64,000 nucleotides of DNA from Vicugna vicugna (taxonomy: Eukaryota): positions 880,419-944,418 of the forward strand of contig MU058198.1 in the NCBI GenBank assembly GCA_013265495.1, given 5' to 3'. Positions 25,816 through 37,560 of this stretch are shown here, piece by piece (the stretch's first letter is position 1; each line of letters starts with the position of its first letter). A model generated the notes under the pieces. It ran no database searches and was not told the DNA's origin. It saw only the letters and a list, made by a program, of their open reading frames with translations. The position numbers and the translations under genes were made by a program.

Positions 25816-27114
25816 ATTTTCCTAATTGAATTTTCTCAATACATCATACCATTTTCCATGGCACCTGATATTCTTCCCTATCATCATTTTTAATGGCTCC
25901 ATGATATTCTGTTGTAAGCGTGTACCACAGTTTATTTAACCAATTTCCTATCACGGAAGCACATTCTTGGCATAGGGACCAGCATGTGCCAAGTCCAGGA
26001 GGTGAGAGAGCATGTGGATCTGAAACTGACTCAGTGTGGGGGAAATTGACAGGAGAGAGCAGAATGAGACCTTGTGAGGCTTTCGCTGAAGTTTCGGCTC
26101 TACCCTGTGGTTGATGACACCAGTGGACAATGGCTCTCTCTCTCTACGATACAACTGCAGACAGTGGGACACCAGGGCCCAGGACAGAAATTTATACAGA
26201 AGAGGAGTCTCCCTGGGGACACATTAGGGGTTAGGAAAGACCCAGTTCTTGAGACTGTTACACTGGACACAGAAGGCAGGGCAGGAGGACAATGTGCTGT
26301 CTGCCCAGTTGCCTCCGGAGAAGCAGCTGTTGTCTGACCCCTTAGTAATAACCTCACATCCTGAGTGGTCAGGATGCTGCAAGCTCCCTGAGCCCGAATA
26401 CACTCCTCAAATTGAATTCCCCGAGCAGGCAAACAAACCATCGGATCATGGTTAGCTGTCGTGGGCAGAGTCAATTCACTTGTGGTGAGGGATCATTAGC
26501 AAGGGCGAGGAGCTCAAGTGCCGGACCAGAAGGAGGTGATCTCATGGGGAGGAGGCCTTGCTTGCTTCCTTTGCACTTCTGAAAACCAATGAGCAAACAA
26601 CATTCATGTACTCCCTCTTGGATGAAAGAAAAGAAGCTCTTGGTGGAGGCTGATATGGATTTTGAATTTGATGAAACTTTTATACCTCGCAGAAGGCTAG
26701 GCTGTGGGAGGAGAAGAGTGTCACCATGTAAGGTTGGGCAGGTTGGACACTGAACAACCCATTCACATTATAATTGATGGGGTTGGCAGTCCCTGGGCCT
26801 GTGCAGTAGTCAACTGGAATGGTTTCATGCAGCAGCCCTTAGGTAGGTGCCCCAGAGAGGGTTGAACCCTCACGTAATTACTTTCAGGGCTGGGAAGGAG
26901 GCAAACACTGGCCTTCTGATTCTTCACAAGGGAAGAAAATACAATTTCCTGAGTGCTTGTAAAGGAGGGAATGTATTTAAGCTTGGAAATCCTCTTCCCT
27001 AACAATAGTTAACCTGGCCAACTTAAAAAAAATGTTTATATTTGAATAGGCAACATTTCCATGTGGTTCGAAAGGCTTTCAACGACAAGCCTCCTTTCTA
27101 TCATGTCCCCTAGA

Positions 27115-27820
27115 TATTACCAAGCAAGGACTCAGGGTGCCTGCGGCACAGAAAACCTAACTTTGATAGAGGGTGTTTGCAACAAAGTAATGGTTTATTT
27201 GCAGGGCACCAAGCAAGGAGAATGGGCAGCTCATGCTCAAAAGGCCCGAACTCCCCAGTGGCTTTCAGGGATGAGTTTTTAAAGGCAATGTTAGGGGAGA
27301 GGGTCTTAGGATGTAGTCAGCCCTTGGACCTTCTTTTGATTGGTTGGTGGTGAGGTAACTAGGTGCTGCTACCTAGGGAATCTCAGCCTTCTGGTCCAAC
27401 CAGTCTGGAGTCTCTGTGCTTGTACTCAGCATGTAGCACCATCTTCCACCATCTTAGTTTTTATAGAACAACTCAAAGATATGAATCAGATTGTTATCTA
27501 CGTCCCCTCAGGAGGAACTAGGGGTCCTGTGGCTTTGCCCTAGTCATTAACTGTTGAACCTGTTCACTGAAACTCAGGGAAGGTCTAGGAGACTAGGAGA
27601 CTAATGCTTTTTTTTTTCCTACTAATAAGAAACAGGACGTGAAGGGGCTGTTGTACCCAGGAAGACTCCACAGGGTCCTGCTTGGTTTCCATCCCCCCTT
27701 TTCTTGGATACTCCTCAATCCTCGGGGGAACAGGGGCAGGACGAGAAAGGGATTGAAGTTTCGGATAGAGAGATTAATTATAAAGGCCAGAGAACTCAGT
27801 TTCAGGGGGCCTCGGTTTCA
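27115..27820 (-). mobile_element. Solo ERV1-class LTR (MER41-like), with 4-bp TSD
   Basis: TSD TAGA at 27111-27114 and 27821-27824. Minus strand starts TGAAACC and carries AATAAA near 27195 and a CCAAT box. Confidence 0.85.
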
Positions 27821-28616
27821 TAGACAATCAGTTGTGTTCCTCTAGGGCAGCCCGTGATGCCGACTTGTCTGAATCCTTGGTCAACTCTTAATCTTACATC
27901 AAGACTTTGAGAAACTTTCTCAGCCACCTTCCCCTCGCAGCTAACCATCAATCTTGGTAGAATTTGTCAGTCATTCCTCCCTTTTTCCTCTCTCTCTTTC
28001 TCTCTCCTTCTTCCCTCTCTTTGTTCTTTCTGGATCCCAGGGGCCAAGGGTTGAGTTCTTTATCCTCTTTGCAAGCAGATTATCATTATTTAGGTGGACA
28101 AAGACCCCCCTTTTTTTTATTAGTTAATTAATGCTCCTTTATGTCACCCCTCTCCTGCTCCCTAGAGATAGCATTTTGAATGGGTCTAGTTTATATCCTT
28201 TTGTTATTTGTGTTCTTGTAAATGGGTAGTCATATATTTTTAAAAAATTCAACTAAACACTGAATATCCACTCTGGGTTAGCCCTTGTGCTGGGTCTTGG
28301 AGTAAAATTTCAAGGGAGCAAAGGAGGCCAGTTCCCACTCTGAAGGAGTCTCCAGGGTGGAGGTCATTACATGTTTTCCTTTGCTCTGTGTTCCTATACA
28401 AATAACTCCCCAAGCGCCCTTCCTGCTCCTCCATCTCCTCTGTGTCTCCTCTTGTTTCTTTCTTCCTGTCTCCCTGTTTCTCCCTCTTGCTTAACGCTTG
28501 CCCTGGGTCTCATGAACCTTCACCCCAGCTCTGTAAAGCGGTGGACCCAGGCTCGCTGGCATGTCCAGCCTCTGCTCTCTACATACCTCCCAATAGATTC
28601 AAATCCTCAGTGCATT

Positions 28617-29268
28617 TGTCAGAGCAGGCAGATAGCTAGATATGATCAGAGAAAGGGGGATGCAGGCCAAATGGCAGGAATTGGGCAGAAAGGAGTGGCA
28701 CAGGCCAAACATAGGAACCCTACATCAAGTAAGCACCAGGGGTCCCTGGGCAGAGAAAGAAAAGCAGGAACCTCTGGGCTGATAAGTGGTCACGCATTTT
28801 GGGGTGATGAGCAGCCTGGAGGCTGACCAAAAAGGGTGGGGAAACGCAGGAGTCTCCAGTGTCCGAATGTAACCTTTTGCTCATTATGCCCTCATTTCAA
28901 TTAAATTAGTCTTGCAGATTAGAAGTTCCCATCATGCACTGACGCCATGACAATTTCAATCCAGACTAAACAAGGACAGAAATCCCTCTTCCCTTTGAGA
29001 AGATGGAGTTAGGATGAAAATCAGGGAATATGACCCCAAACCCTTCCCTCCCCAATGAATATTCTGCCCATGCATTTTTATATTCTGTGTAACTTGCCAA
29101 AGAAACTCAGGGCAGCCACTCAACCGGGCCTGTCCGTGCTCTCCTTGAGAGTGTACTATTCATCCCTTAATAAATCCTTGCTTTACTTTTTTAACCTCCA
29201 CGTCTTGTCTCTGAGTTCTTTCTGGGATGGGACAAAAACCTGGACACTGGCTACATCTACTGGCAACA
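28617..29268 (+). mobile_element. Solo ERV1-class LTR (MER50-like 5' end)
   Basis: TGTCAGAGCAGGCAGATAGCTAGATATGA...TGGCAACA, AATAAA at 29169-29174, 4-bp TSD catt/cgtt (one CpG-type change). Confidence 0.85.
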
Positions 29269-29344
29269 CGTTAAGAATGATGTCATTTTTTTCTGGAGAC
29301 TTCATGGATGTGGGAAAGGCGGTTCATATTGCATACTATTCTGC

Positions 29345-29992
29345 AGAAATCCAGCCATACTCTGGGCATATATTCAGAAGGAACCCTAATTCAAAAAGAC
29401 ACCTGTATCCCAATGTTCACAGCAGCACTATTTACAATAGCCAAGACATGGAAACAACCTAAATGTCCATTGACAGATGACTGGATAAAGAAGTTGTGGT
29501 ATATTTATACAATGGAATACTACTCAGCCATAAAAATGACAACATAAAAAATGACAATGCCACTAGCAGCAACATGGATGTCCCTGGAGAATGTCATTCT
29601 AAGTGAAGTAAGCCAGAAAAAGAAAGAAAAATATCATATGATATCACTCATATGTGGAATCTAAAAGAAAAAAAGACAAATGAACTTATATGTAAAACAG
29701 AAACAGACTCAGACATAGAATACAGACTTGTGGTTGCCACTGGGAAGCAGGGTGGGAAGGGATAAACTAGGAGTTTGAGATTTGCAGATACTGACTGGTA
29801 TATATAAAATAGATAAAGAAGTTTATACCATATAGCACAGGGAAATACATTCACTAGCTTGTAGGAGTAGCTCATGGTGAAAAAGAATAGGAAAATGAAT
29901 ATATGTATATTCATGTATGCCTGAAGAATTGTGCTGTACACCAGAAATGGACACAACATTGTAAATTGACTATAATTCAATTAAAAAAAAAG
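29345..29992 (+). mobile_element. 5'-truncated lineage-specific LINE-1 (ORF2 tail, 3' UTR, polyA)
   Basis: Encodes [46 protein letters not shown] (L1 ORF2 C-terminus) and ends gactataattcaattaaaaaaaa. Confidence 0.95.
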
Positions 29993-30872
29993 AATAACCC
30001 CCCAAGGAGGGAGTACTAATCTAGTTTAACACGTGAGTTAGGGACTGTCTTCATGGTTCACATTATACTCTGCCCACAGTTCTACCACTGCATTTAACAG
30101 TTTATAAGTAGCAACAGTTACATTATTTCTTAAGTGTCTATTTTTGTGTCTTTGTGTAAAAGAGCACATTTATCTTTGCATCTCCAATAAAATGTAAATT
30201 AAATATTTGTTGAACACTGAGTACCCTAAATGTAACTCTATCTGTATCCTTATCCATCTCTACATCTACATCAACGTGCTTATTGTTCACAAATTGTTTA
30301 TGTAAGAAGATGAGGGAGAGAGATGGCATTATGCACCACACATCTCAAACGTGTAGTCCATCCTATTCTTTCCTGCAGCATTTCTTCCCCTTGGTAGCCA
30401 CCTCATGTTCCCTCCTCTTTTCTTACAAAAACCCCTGGGCCCTATTCTGACTTGTGGAATTGGAATCCCAAGGGCATAGGATCTGGAAACATGAATTTTA
30501 ATAAGCTTCTCAGATGATTTTTATGCACAGGAATGTTTCAGATCCATCACCCTAGAAGACACAGTCCCAGCTTCTTGGATCTTGGTTCAAGATCCTGGGC
30601 CCTTTACTACCCAAGACTTGAATTTCAAACTGTCTGAGTTCGAATCACAGCCCAGGCACTTTCTAGTTTTATCACTTGGGCAAGTCGATTCCCCACAGTG
30701 AGCCTCAGTTTACTCATCAGTAAAATGGGGCTAATGATTGTATCTATCTTGGTGGGTGATAATCAAAATTTATTCTTTCATTCATGCATTCATTTGTTCA
30801 CTAGACAAATATTTATTGAGCATTTACTATGTGCTAAGAACTCTTCTAGGCATTGGGGAATATAGATGTGCG

Positions 30873-30909
30873 ACACACACACACACACACACAAACACAT
30901 ACACACACA
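30873..30909. repeat. Imperfect (CA)n microsatellite
   Basis: acacacacacacacacacacaaacacatacacacaca. Confidence 0.9.
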
Positions 30910-31379
30910 TCCTACTTGCCCCCTTGGAGCTTATATTCTAGTGCACAAGTTGGCTTTTTACTGAGGGATCGGGTCATAAATATCTTAGGCTTTGTGGGCC
31001 ACAGAAGGCTTCTATCACATTTTTTTTCTAGACTCCTTTAAAAATGTTAAAAATCATTCTTTGCTCATGAGCCATAAAAGGACAGGCCATAAGCTGGACT
31101 TGGCTGACCCCTGTTGTAGTGGATTCAATGAAATAATAGTTATAATGTATCTTAGCAGACATGATGATGATGTAAAGTGCTTAGCACAGCTCCTGGGCCA
31201 GAATCTGGGCTCAGTAAACACATAGCTGTTTTACTTGCCAACCTCAACCCCTGGCGCCACTCCCTTGTGCTTTATGCTCCTGCCCTGTTCAGTGTCCTTT
31301 GGGGTCAAGTCTCAGACCCAGACCTGCTGGCTGCTCTGCCTGCCTTGAGGAAGTGAGCAAGGCCCTCCCAGTGGCTCTC

Positions 31380-31900
31380 CTCCTCCTCACAAAATCACTG
31401 GGGTGGCTGTAGGCATCCATCCTCCCCTTTGGCCACTGCTACGCCTGGCAGCCTCTGGCAGGCTGACTACTGGTCTCCCGCCTGGCCTCACCAGGACACG
31501 CTTCCGCTGGCTCCTCTGTATCCCAGGGCAAATAGCCGGAACCAGCTGCGATGACTCACGATGCGGTGGCCTCGAGGCTTGGCTCTCTGCAGGCCCACGG
31601 CCTTGTGGTGCCAGCTGAGGGGGTGGTGGAAGTGGACGGGCCACTGCTCAAGATGTCCTCCTCCCACCGGGACTGGGTGGCCCGAGGACATCTCTCAGCT
31701 GCCGGAAGCTTTCTGGACGTGGAATGAAATGGTCCAGGGCTAAGTCAGATTCCCCCACTGGGCAGTCAGCCATCAGCGCTCATCTCCTGGGCAAAAGTAG
31801 GGATGGAGTCTGCCTTTAACATTTTCAGAAGTCCCTGAGCTCCTGGCCTCCCTGGATTGGCGTGCCCTGCCCTTGATACCAACCTGCTGTCTTATTACAT
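31380..31900. promoter_or_regulatory. Candidate enhancer (AP-1/ETS/TEAD/E-box), GC- and CpG-enriched
   Basis: TGACTCA 31552-31558, CCGGAA 31536-31541, CCGGAAG 31702-31708, TGGAATG 31720-31726 and several CAGCTG. CpG content is higher than in the flanks. Confidence 0.4.
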
Positions 31901-31939
31901 GGCCAAAGCTGGCCCCAAGGAGTCAAACTTTCCCTGTGC

Positions 31940-32420
31940 AGCTTGGATGACTGTGGCAGCTTCCTAAACAGTCTCTTTGCCCCCCACCCAGCACCATTCC
32001 CCCCTCCTGCCCAATCTGTTTTCCATTATACAGCCATCATTTCTTTTAAAACTGCAACTTTGATCTTGATTTCCTGCTTAAAAACTCTTCACTGGCTCCT
32101 GGTAACTTTTAGCTTAAAATATAGAGTCCTTAGCTTGGATGCAGAGCCGTCGTGATCTTGCCGTATCTCCCTCCAGCCTCATCTCCCTCCCTCTGCACCC
32201 AAATCGTGCTGAGCTACATATACTGGTTCCCAGAAATTCCATGCCTTCACAGCCCCACGGCTTTGTGCACGCTGCTCTCTTTGCTTGGAATTCCCCCTCC
32301 CTCCTTGTTACCTGGAAAGAGCTTGTTCTTTTCCGTGCCACTCAGTTGTCACTTCTTGGTGGAGTCTTCCCTGATCTCCAGGTCCTTTGTTCCTTCCTAG
32401 AAGCTCTCACTTGCATAAAT
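31940..32420 (+). mobile_element. LINE-2 fragment
   Basis: gcagcttcctaaacagtctc...ctgcttaaaaactcttcactggctcc...ggctttgtgcacgctgctctctttgcttggaat. Confidence 0.75.
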
Positions 32421-32439
32421 TTTAATTCTGTCTCCTGAG

Positions 32440-32680
32440 AGTAGGCTGGGTGCTTAAGAGCCTGGGTTTGAATTCCAGCTCAATTTATTGCTAGCTGTGT
32501 GAACTCATGTAAGTTACTTAACCTCTCTGAGCTTCATCCTCATCTGTAAAATGGGGCTCACAGTTGTATCTGCCCCATAAGGTGCTTTTGTTGCGAAGAT
32601 TGCGCGAGATAATGCATGTAAATATCATTATGCTGAATGGCCCATAGTGGATGCTTATTAAATTTATCAGCATTATCATT
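32440..32680 (+). mobile_element. MIR SINE
   Basis: cctgggtttgaattccagctc...aagttacttaacctctctgagc...catctgtaaaatgggg. Confidence 0.85.
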
Positions 32681-33209
32681 GGAAGACACTACGAGCTCTT
32701 TGAGGACATAGTTTATTCACCTCTGGAGCCCAGCACCTAAAACAGTGCCTGGCTCATGTCAGGTGTTAGATTAGCTTTTGTCCAAATGCTGTTGAGTGAA
32801 GGCCATAAAGAAAACCAATTCATCTGATGTATCAAAGTTTATCTATATAAAGATGTTTATTGCAATCTTTATTTGGAGAATAAAATACTAAAAGCCACTG
32901 AAATTCCAGCCATAAATTATGGTACCTTCTTACTATGAGATGCTTTGCAGTGATTAAAAATAATGAGGTCACCCCATATGTGCTGACATAGAAAAACCGC
33001 CAGGACATACTCTGTGAAAAATGCAAATTTATGTCAGCAGGTATAGTTTGCTACCCTTGTGTTTGTATGTGTGGGTGTGTGTGGATGTGTGTGTCTATCT
33101 AAAGGATATTTATGTGCAGAAAATGTTTTGAAGGCCATGTGAGAAACTGTATATCTCCCAGAGGTGGAGGGAGGAAAAAGAAAGACCTCCCTGTTTCTTT
33201 GTTTCTTTC

Positions 33210-33530
33210 TTTTAATTTTTTTATTGAGGTGTAATTGATGTGTAATATTGTAATATCGCATAGATTTAGGGTGTACAAGGTGCTGATTTGATACATTTAT
33301 ATACTGCAATACAATTACCACGCAGAGTTAGTTAACACCTCTGATCCTGTCTCATAATTATCCTTTCTTTTTGTGGTGAGAACAATTAAGACCTAGTCTC
33401 TTAGCAGCTTTGAAGTCTATAATACAGTATTGTTGACTATAATCACTCTGTTGTGCATTTAAATCAGATCTCCAGAACTTACTTATCTACTAGCTGCAAG
33501 TTTGTGCCTTTAAACAACATCTCCCCTGGC
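33210..33530 (-). mobile_element. LINE-1 3' end fragment
   Basis: ttttttattgaggtgtaattga...ggtgagaacaattaagacctagtctcttagcagctttgaag...atctccagaacttact. Confidence 0.85.
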
Positions 33531-33741
33531 TGTGTGTCAACAAAGCTTTGTTTACAAAAACAGGCAGCCTGCTGAGTTCTGCTCCTCTGTGCAGCTTCAG
33601 ACTCTTACTGGTAGCAACAATTATAGCAAATTCTACCATCTTTTTCTGAGACGGTGAGATGTCTAACGAGAGCTTTTCTTAGCCTCAGTTTCTTCATATT
33701 TAAGGGAGTCAAAAAGGATGCCCTTTCTGAGATCTGGAGGA

Positions 33742-34132
33742 TGTTGGCAGAGGTCCCCATGGAGAGGACATGATCACTGGTTGATCCTTGAGTTGGACCT
33801 GGGCGATGGAGGCTCCTAACCCTTTCTCTGTCCTTGGAATGTACACTCAGCCCACTGTTCCCACAGTGGGAGCCGTTTTCAAGGTCGCAGCCTTGAGAGA
33901 GCGTTGTGCTGTTGAGACAATCTGGACTGGATATGTGACTGCACCCTGGTAAGGCCTCTCTATAAAATGTTAAGATTCTGAAGGATACATGTCGAGATCG
34001 ACTTGTCTTGCAGCGCCCAAGACAAGCCTCATGTTGCTGTCAGTTCCCTGCCTTGTTAAACCTGCCATGTGCCAATCTGACATGCTGTCTCTCCTTGCCC
34101 TCCGTGTACAGAGTCCAGGGTGCCAACCAACA
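33742..34132 (+). mobile_element. ERV LTR (subfamily uncertain)
   Basis: Inverted termini TGTTGG...CCAACA and TATA ctataaaa (33960-33967). No matching TSD seen. Confidence 0.6.
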
Positions 34133-34205
34133 AAGTGTGACGAGGAGGTCTCTTCTGGATTCTGGTGGTAGCCTGCCATCCTTGGTGTTGCTTGGCTTTT
34201 CTAAA

Positions 34206-34688
34206 TGAAAATTTCATATATTGAGGTATAGGGAAGTCATTGTGACTTATACATCAGTTAACTTGAAGTTGATGCTGACTAAAACAGCCGTTTGCGGCCT
34301 GTCAAATGTACATTGTATACTTGCTTTAACTATTAAAGAAAAGGATGCATTGACCAGAAGTAAAGAAAGTCTGTGTTAAAAATAAAGATTAAATGCCTCC
34401 CTTCCTGGGATGCCAGTGCTGGTCCTCCTTCCAAGATAAGCTCCCTTCCCAGCTGCCAAGGCCATACTTACTTGCTGTGTACGTGCTGGTCTGTTTTTTC
34501 GAAAACTTGAAGGCATGTACTCCTTGTTTCATGTTCTTTGTTCTGTCAAGATATAAAAGTGCTGAAAACCAGGCTTCTCCAGAGCATTTTCTCAGAGTAA
34601 TCTGGGAAGCCAGCCTCCGGTCGATAGCCCTCTGTTTGGCTCAAATATAACTTTTTTTGATTCTTACTATTAATTAGTTTCATTGGCA
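34206..34688 (+). mobile_element. ERV1-class solo LTR (MER34/LTR39-like) nested in MLT1
   Basis: TG...CA ends, gatataaaag TATA (34550-34559), and R-region gagcattttctcagagtaatctgggaagc related to the 8.4-kb LTR. Confidence 0.65.
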
Positions 34689-34771
34689 GTTTGTAAATAC
34701 ATCTCTGCCCTTATAGTCACGTGACAGTCCCCCTATGTATGTCTCCTCTTTTTTTAATTAAAAACTTTTTT

Positions 34772-34905
34772 TCTATGTTCAATATCTTATAATAACCTTT
34801 AAGTAAAAATATGCAAATGAATATATGTATGTATATGCATGACTGGGACATTGTGCTGTGCACCAGAAATTGACATGTTGTAACTGACAGTACTTCAATA
34901 AAAAT
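34772..34905 (+). mobile_element. Very short lineage-specific LINE-1 3' end
   Basis: gaatatatgtatgtatatgcatgactgggacattgtgctgtgcaccagaaattgaca...ttgtaactgac...ttcaataaaaa, closely similar to the L1 tail at 29897-29990. Confidence 0.85.
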
Positions 34906-35057
34906 TTTTATTGCAGTTTATTTTTTTAATTACTTTTTTTATGGGGGAAGGTAATTAGGTTTATTTGTTTATTTATCTTTAATGGAGGTACTAGGGATTG
35001 AATCCAGGACCTCGTGCATGCTAAGCATGTGCTATACCTCTGAGCTATACCCTTCCC
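34906..35057 (-). mobile_element. Vic-1-type SINE
   Basis: ggtaattaggtttattt...gggattgaatccaggacctcgtgcatgctaagcatgtgct...tgagctatacccttccc. Confidence 0.9.
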
Positions 35058-35449
35058 ACATTGTCTGTCTCTTTTTAGAAGGACACCAGTGACTGGATTT
35101 AGGGCCCACCTTAATCCAGTGTAATGTCACCTTAATTCACATCTTGATGACATCTGCGAAGATCCTATTTCCAAACAAGGTCACATTCATAGGTACCAGG
35201 GTTTAGAACTTGGACATATCTTTTTTTTGGAGACAAAATTCAATCCATTACAGGAAGGAGAAAGACCAATGTTAGGAAATGGTTTTATTTTCCATGAGAA
35301 ATCAGGGCCACGGGGGAATGTGTTCAGTAACTATTTCCCCATGAGTGGATAGCCACCTCTCAAAAAAAAGAGAACTCTAAGGTTCCCGGCCTAAGAACAT
35401 GGGTGGAGGGTGGTGCCATTGTTAAGGTCTTCCTTTCAATGTAATTTTT

Positions 35450-36215
35450 GAAAATCGGTTGATTCTACCTTCCTCTAAATAATTCTCTACTTACACCCAG
35501 CTGTCTATGTCCACACTCGCCAGCCTGGTCCAGCCGCAACATCTCTTGCCTGGACCACAGTACTTGCCTCCTTACCGACATTCCTGCAGCCATTTTTGCT
35601 CACCTATAATCCGTTCTGCACCCAGCAATCAGGGAAATATTTGTAAAATATGAACTTGATCATTTATTCTCTAACTAAATCCTCCAATGGTTTTTCCCTT
35701 TGCATTTAGCATGAAATCCAAACTTGTATCAAAGCCTACCCGGCCCTAAATGGTTTGGCTCCTGTTCCCTCTCCAGTTCATCTCATGCCTCTCACCAGTT
35801 TGTTCACTTTGCTTCAGCCACACGTGTCTCCCTGAAGTTCCTAGTATGTGCCAAGCATGTTCCTACCGCAGGGCCTTTGCACACACAGCTCTACCAGGAA
35901 TGCTCACTTGCTTGTTACCTTGCTAACTGCTGATCATTGTTTAGGTCAGGGAGGATTTCCCTGATTCCCTAGTTTAAACTGGGACAATTCTCTCCTGTAG
36001 CACTTTATTGGTACTAGTTTACTTTATGATTTCTGACAATTCAGAATTCTTCAGTTAATTGTGTTTGGTAGTTTAGTACCTGTGTCTCCACTAGACTGAG
36101 AATGACAGGAGGGTAGACTCATATCTCTGGTTTGCATCAATGCCCATGACTAGTACAGTGCCTGGCAAAGCACGTACTGTTCATTAAACGGCTGAATGTG
36201 TGACTATGTGAATGA
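35450..36215 (+). mobile_element. LINE-2 3' fragment
   Basis: tctcttgcctggacc...cagggcctttgcac...tgtctccactagactgag...acagtgcctggca...tgaatg. Confidence 0.8.
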
Positions 36216-37059
36216 AGTTGGGAACCATTGGTTTTAGTGAATGATGCTGCCCCTCAGACTCAGAGAAGATGCAGCTGACTGGAACAAGCCAATATCAGGT
36301 GGACATGTGGAACCACTTCCCACTGTTTCAGAGCCCTTGTTTCTAAATATTTCCTTTACAGTTGGGTGATGAAGGAAGATTTTGATTCCTATTCAAGGAG
36401 TGATGGAGGTGTCACTTACATTCTTCTCTAATCTCAGAGCCACTGCTGTTCAGGTCCAGGCCCCCGTCACCGCTGGCCACTAGGAGAAGTAGCCTCGAAG
36501 CCCTCCAGTTCCTCCTCCACAAAGCTGCCCCAAGTGGTCCTTCTAAAGTGCAAATCTGACTATGCTCGTCTCTGACGTTAAGTCCTTCATGGCCCCTTAT
36601 TGGCTGCCCCTTATCTTAAACCTAAGCTTCAGCTCTCCAAGGTCTGACCTGAGGGTTGTTTCCTTACTCTTTGCTCTTGCATTTTCCATCTTTAAACTTT
36701 TTACTTCAATAGGGATTCCCATTAACACTATTTTGCTCACTTTCCTCCTCTGCACATAAAACCATGCCATATCTTATCCAACAGGGAAAACTTCTATTCA
36801 TCCTTCAAATCCCATCTTGGATGCTCCCTCCTCCAAGAGTCTTATACGAAAGAGCCTTTCCCTCCCCAGTGTCCATGACTCCTTCTCTTTGTTCGTTTGT
36901 AGGTGTATGTGCATTTATTGTTCTACTTTGCTCACCATATTGAAATATTTTATTTCATGACAATACACCTTGTTAGAAAGGCAGTGCTGGGTAGAATGAT
37001 CTGTTGTCCTTGTTTGTGCAGGTCCGAGGGGTTTCTAGGGATGTGGGATTTTGGGCACT

Positions 37060-37340
37060 AAATCCAAGGGCTGCTCCAGGCAAATCAGGATGGTTGGGCA
37101 CCCTGCTGTTAATTAGAAGCAGGGACTATAGATCCAGGCCATTAAGGTTTGAATTTTGGCTCTACTACTTAATAGCTGTGTGATCCTGGGCAAGTAACTT
37201 AATCACTCTGATCCTCACTTTTCCTTTCTGTAAAATGTGGATAATAATAGTATCTAATGCAAGAGTTATGAGGGCTAAATGAATTAATATGTTAATAGCA
37301 CACAAGAGCTGAATAAGAACTTAATAAATGTCCTTATTCT
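37060..37340 (+). mobile_element. MIR SINE
   Basis: ggctctactacttaatagctgtgtgatcctgggcaagtaacttaa...tctgtaaaatgtggataataatagta. Confidence 0.85.
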
Positions 37341-37560
37341 TGTTGCTGATTACTTTCTGTCTTCCATATCCTGGGACAGGGAGGTCACAAGCATAGAAGG
37401 CAACAGACATCCCGATTTCCCTTTGTATTTCCCAGTATCCAGCCTACTTGCCTGCTGTGCAGAGGATACTCAGTAAATATTTGTAGAGTGGAGAGTACAG
37501 TCTTAAACCACCTTTTATGGGCTGTTAATCTGCCCCCTCTTCTCTGAGATTTAGACTCTT

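Larger units (their letters stand above)
34133..35252 (-). mobile_element. MLT1C/D-like MaLR LTR split into three pieces by younger insertions
   Basis: Pieces: ttctggtggtagcctgccatccttggtgttgcttggct (~34160-34200), catctctgcccttatagtcacgtg (~34700-34748), and aaggacaccagt...cctatttccaaacaaggtcacattc...caatccattaca (35060-35252). Confidence 0.75.
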
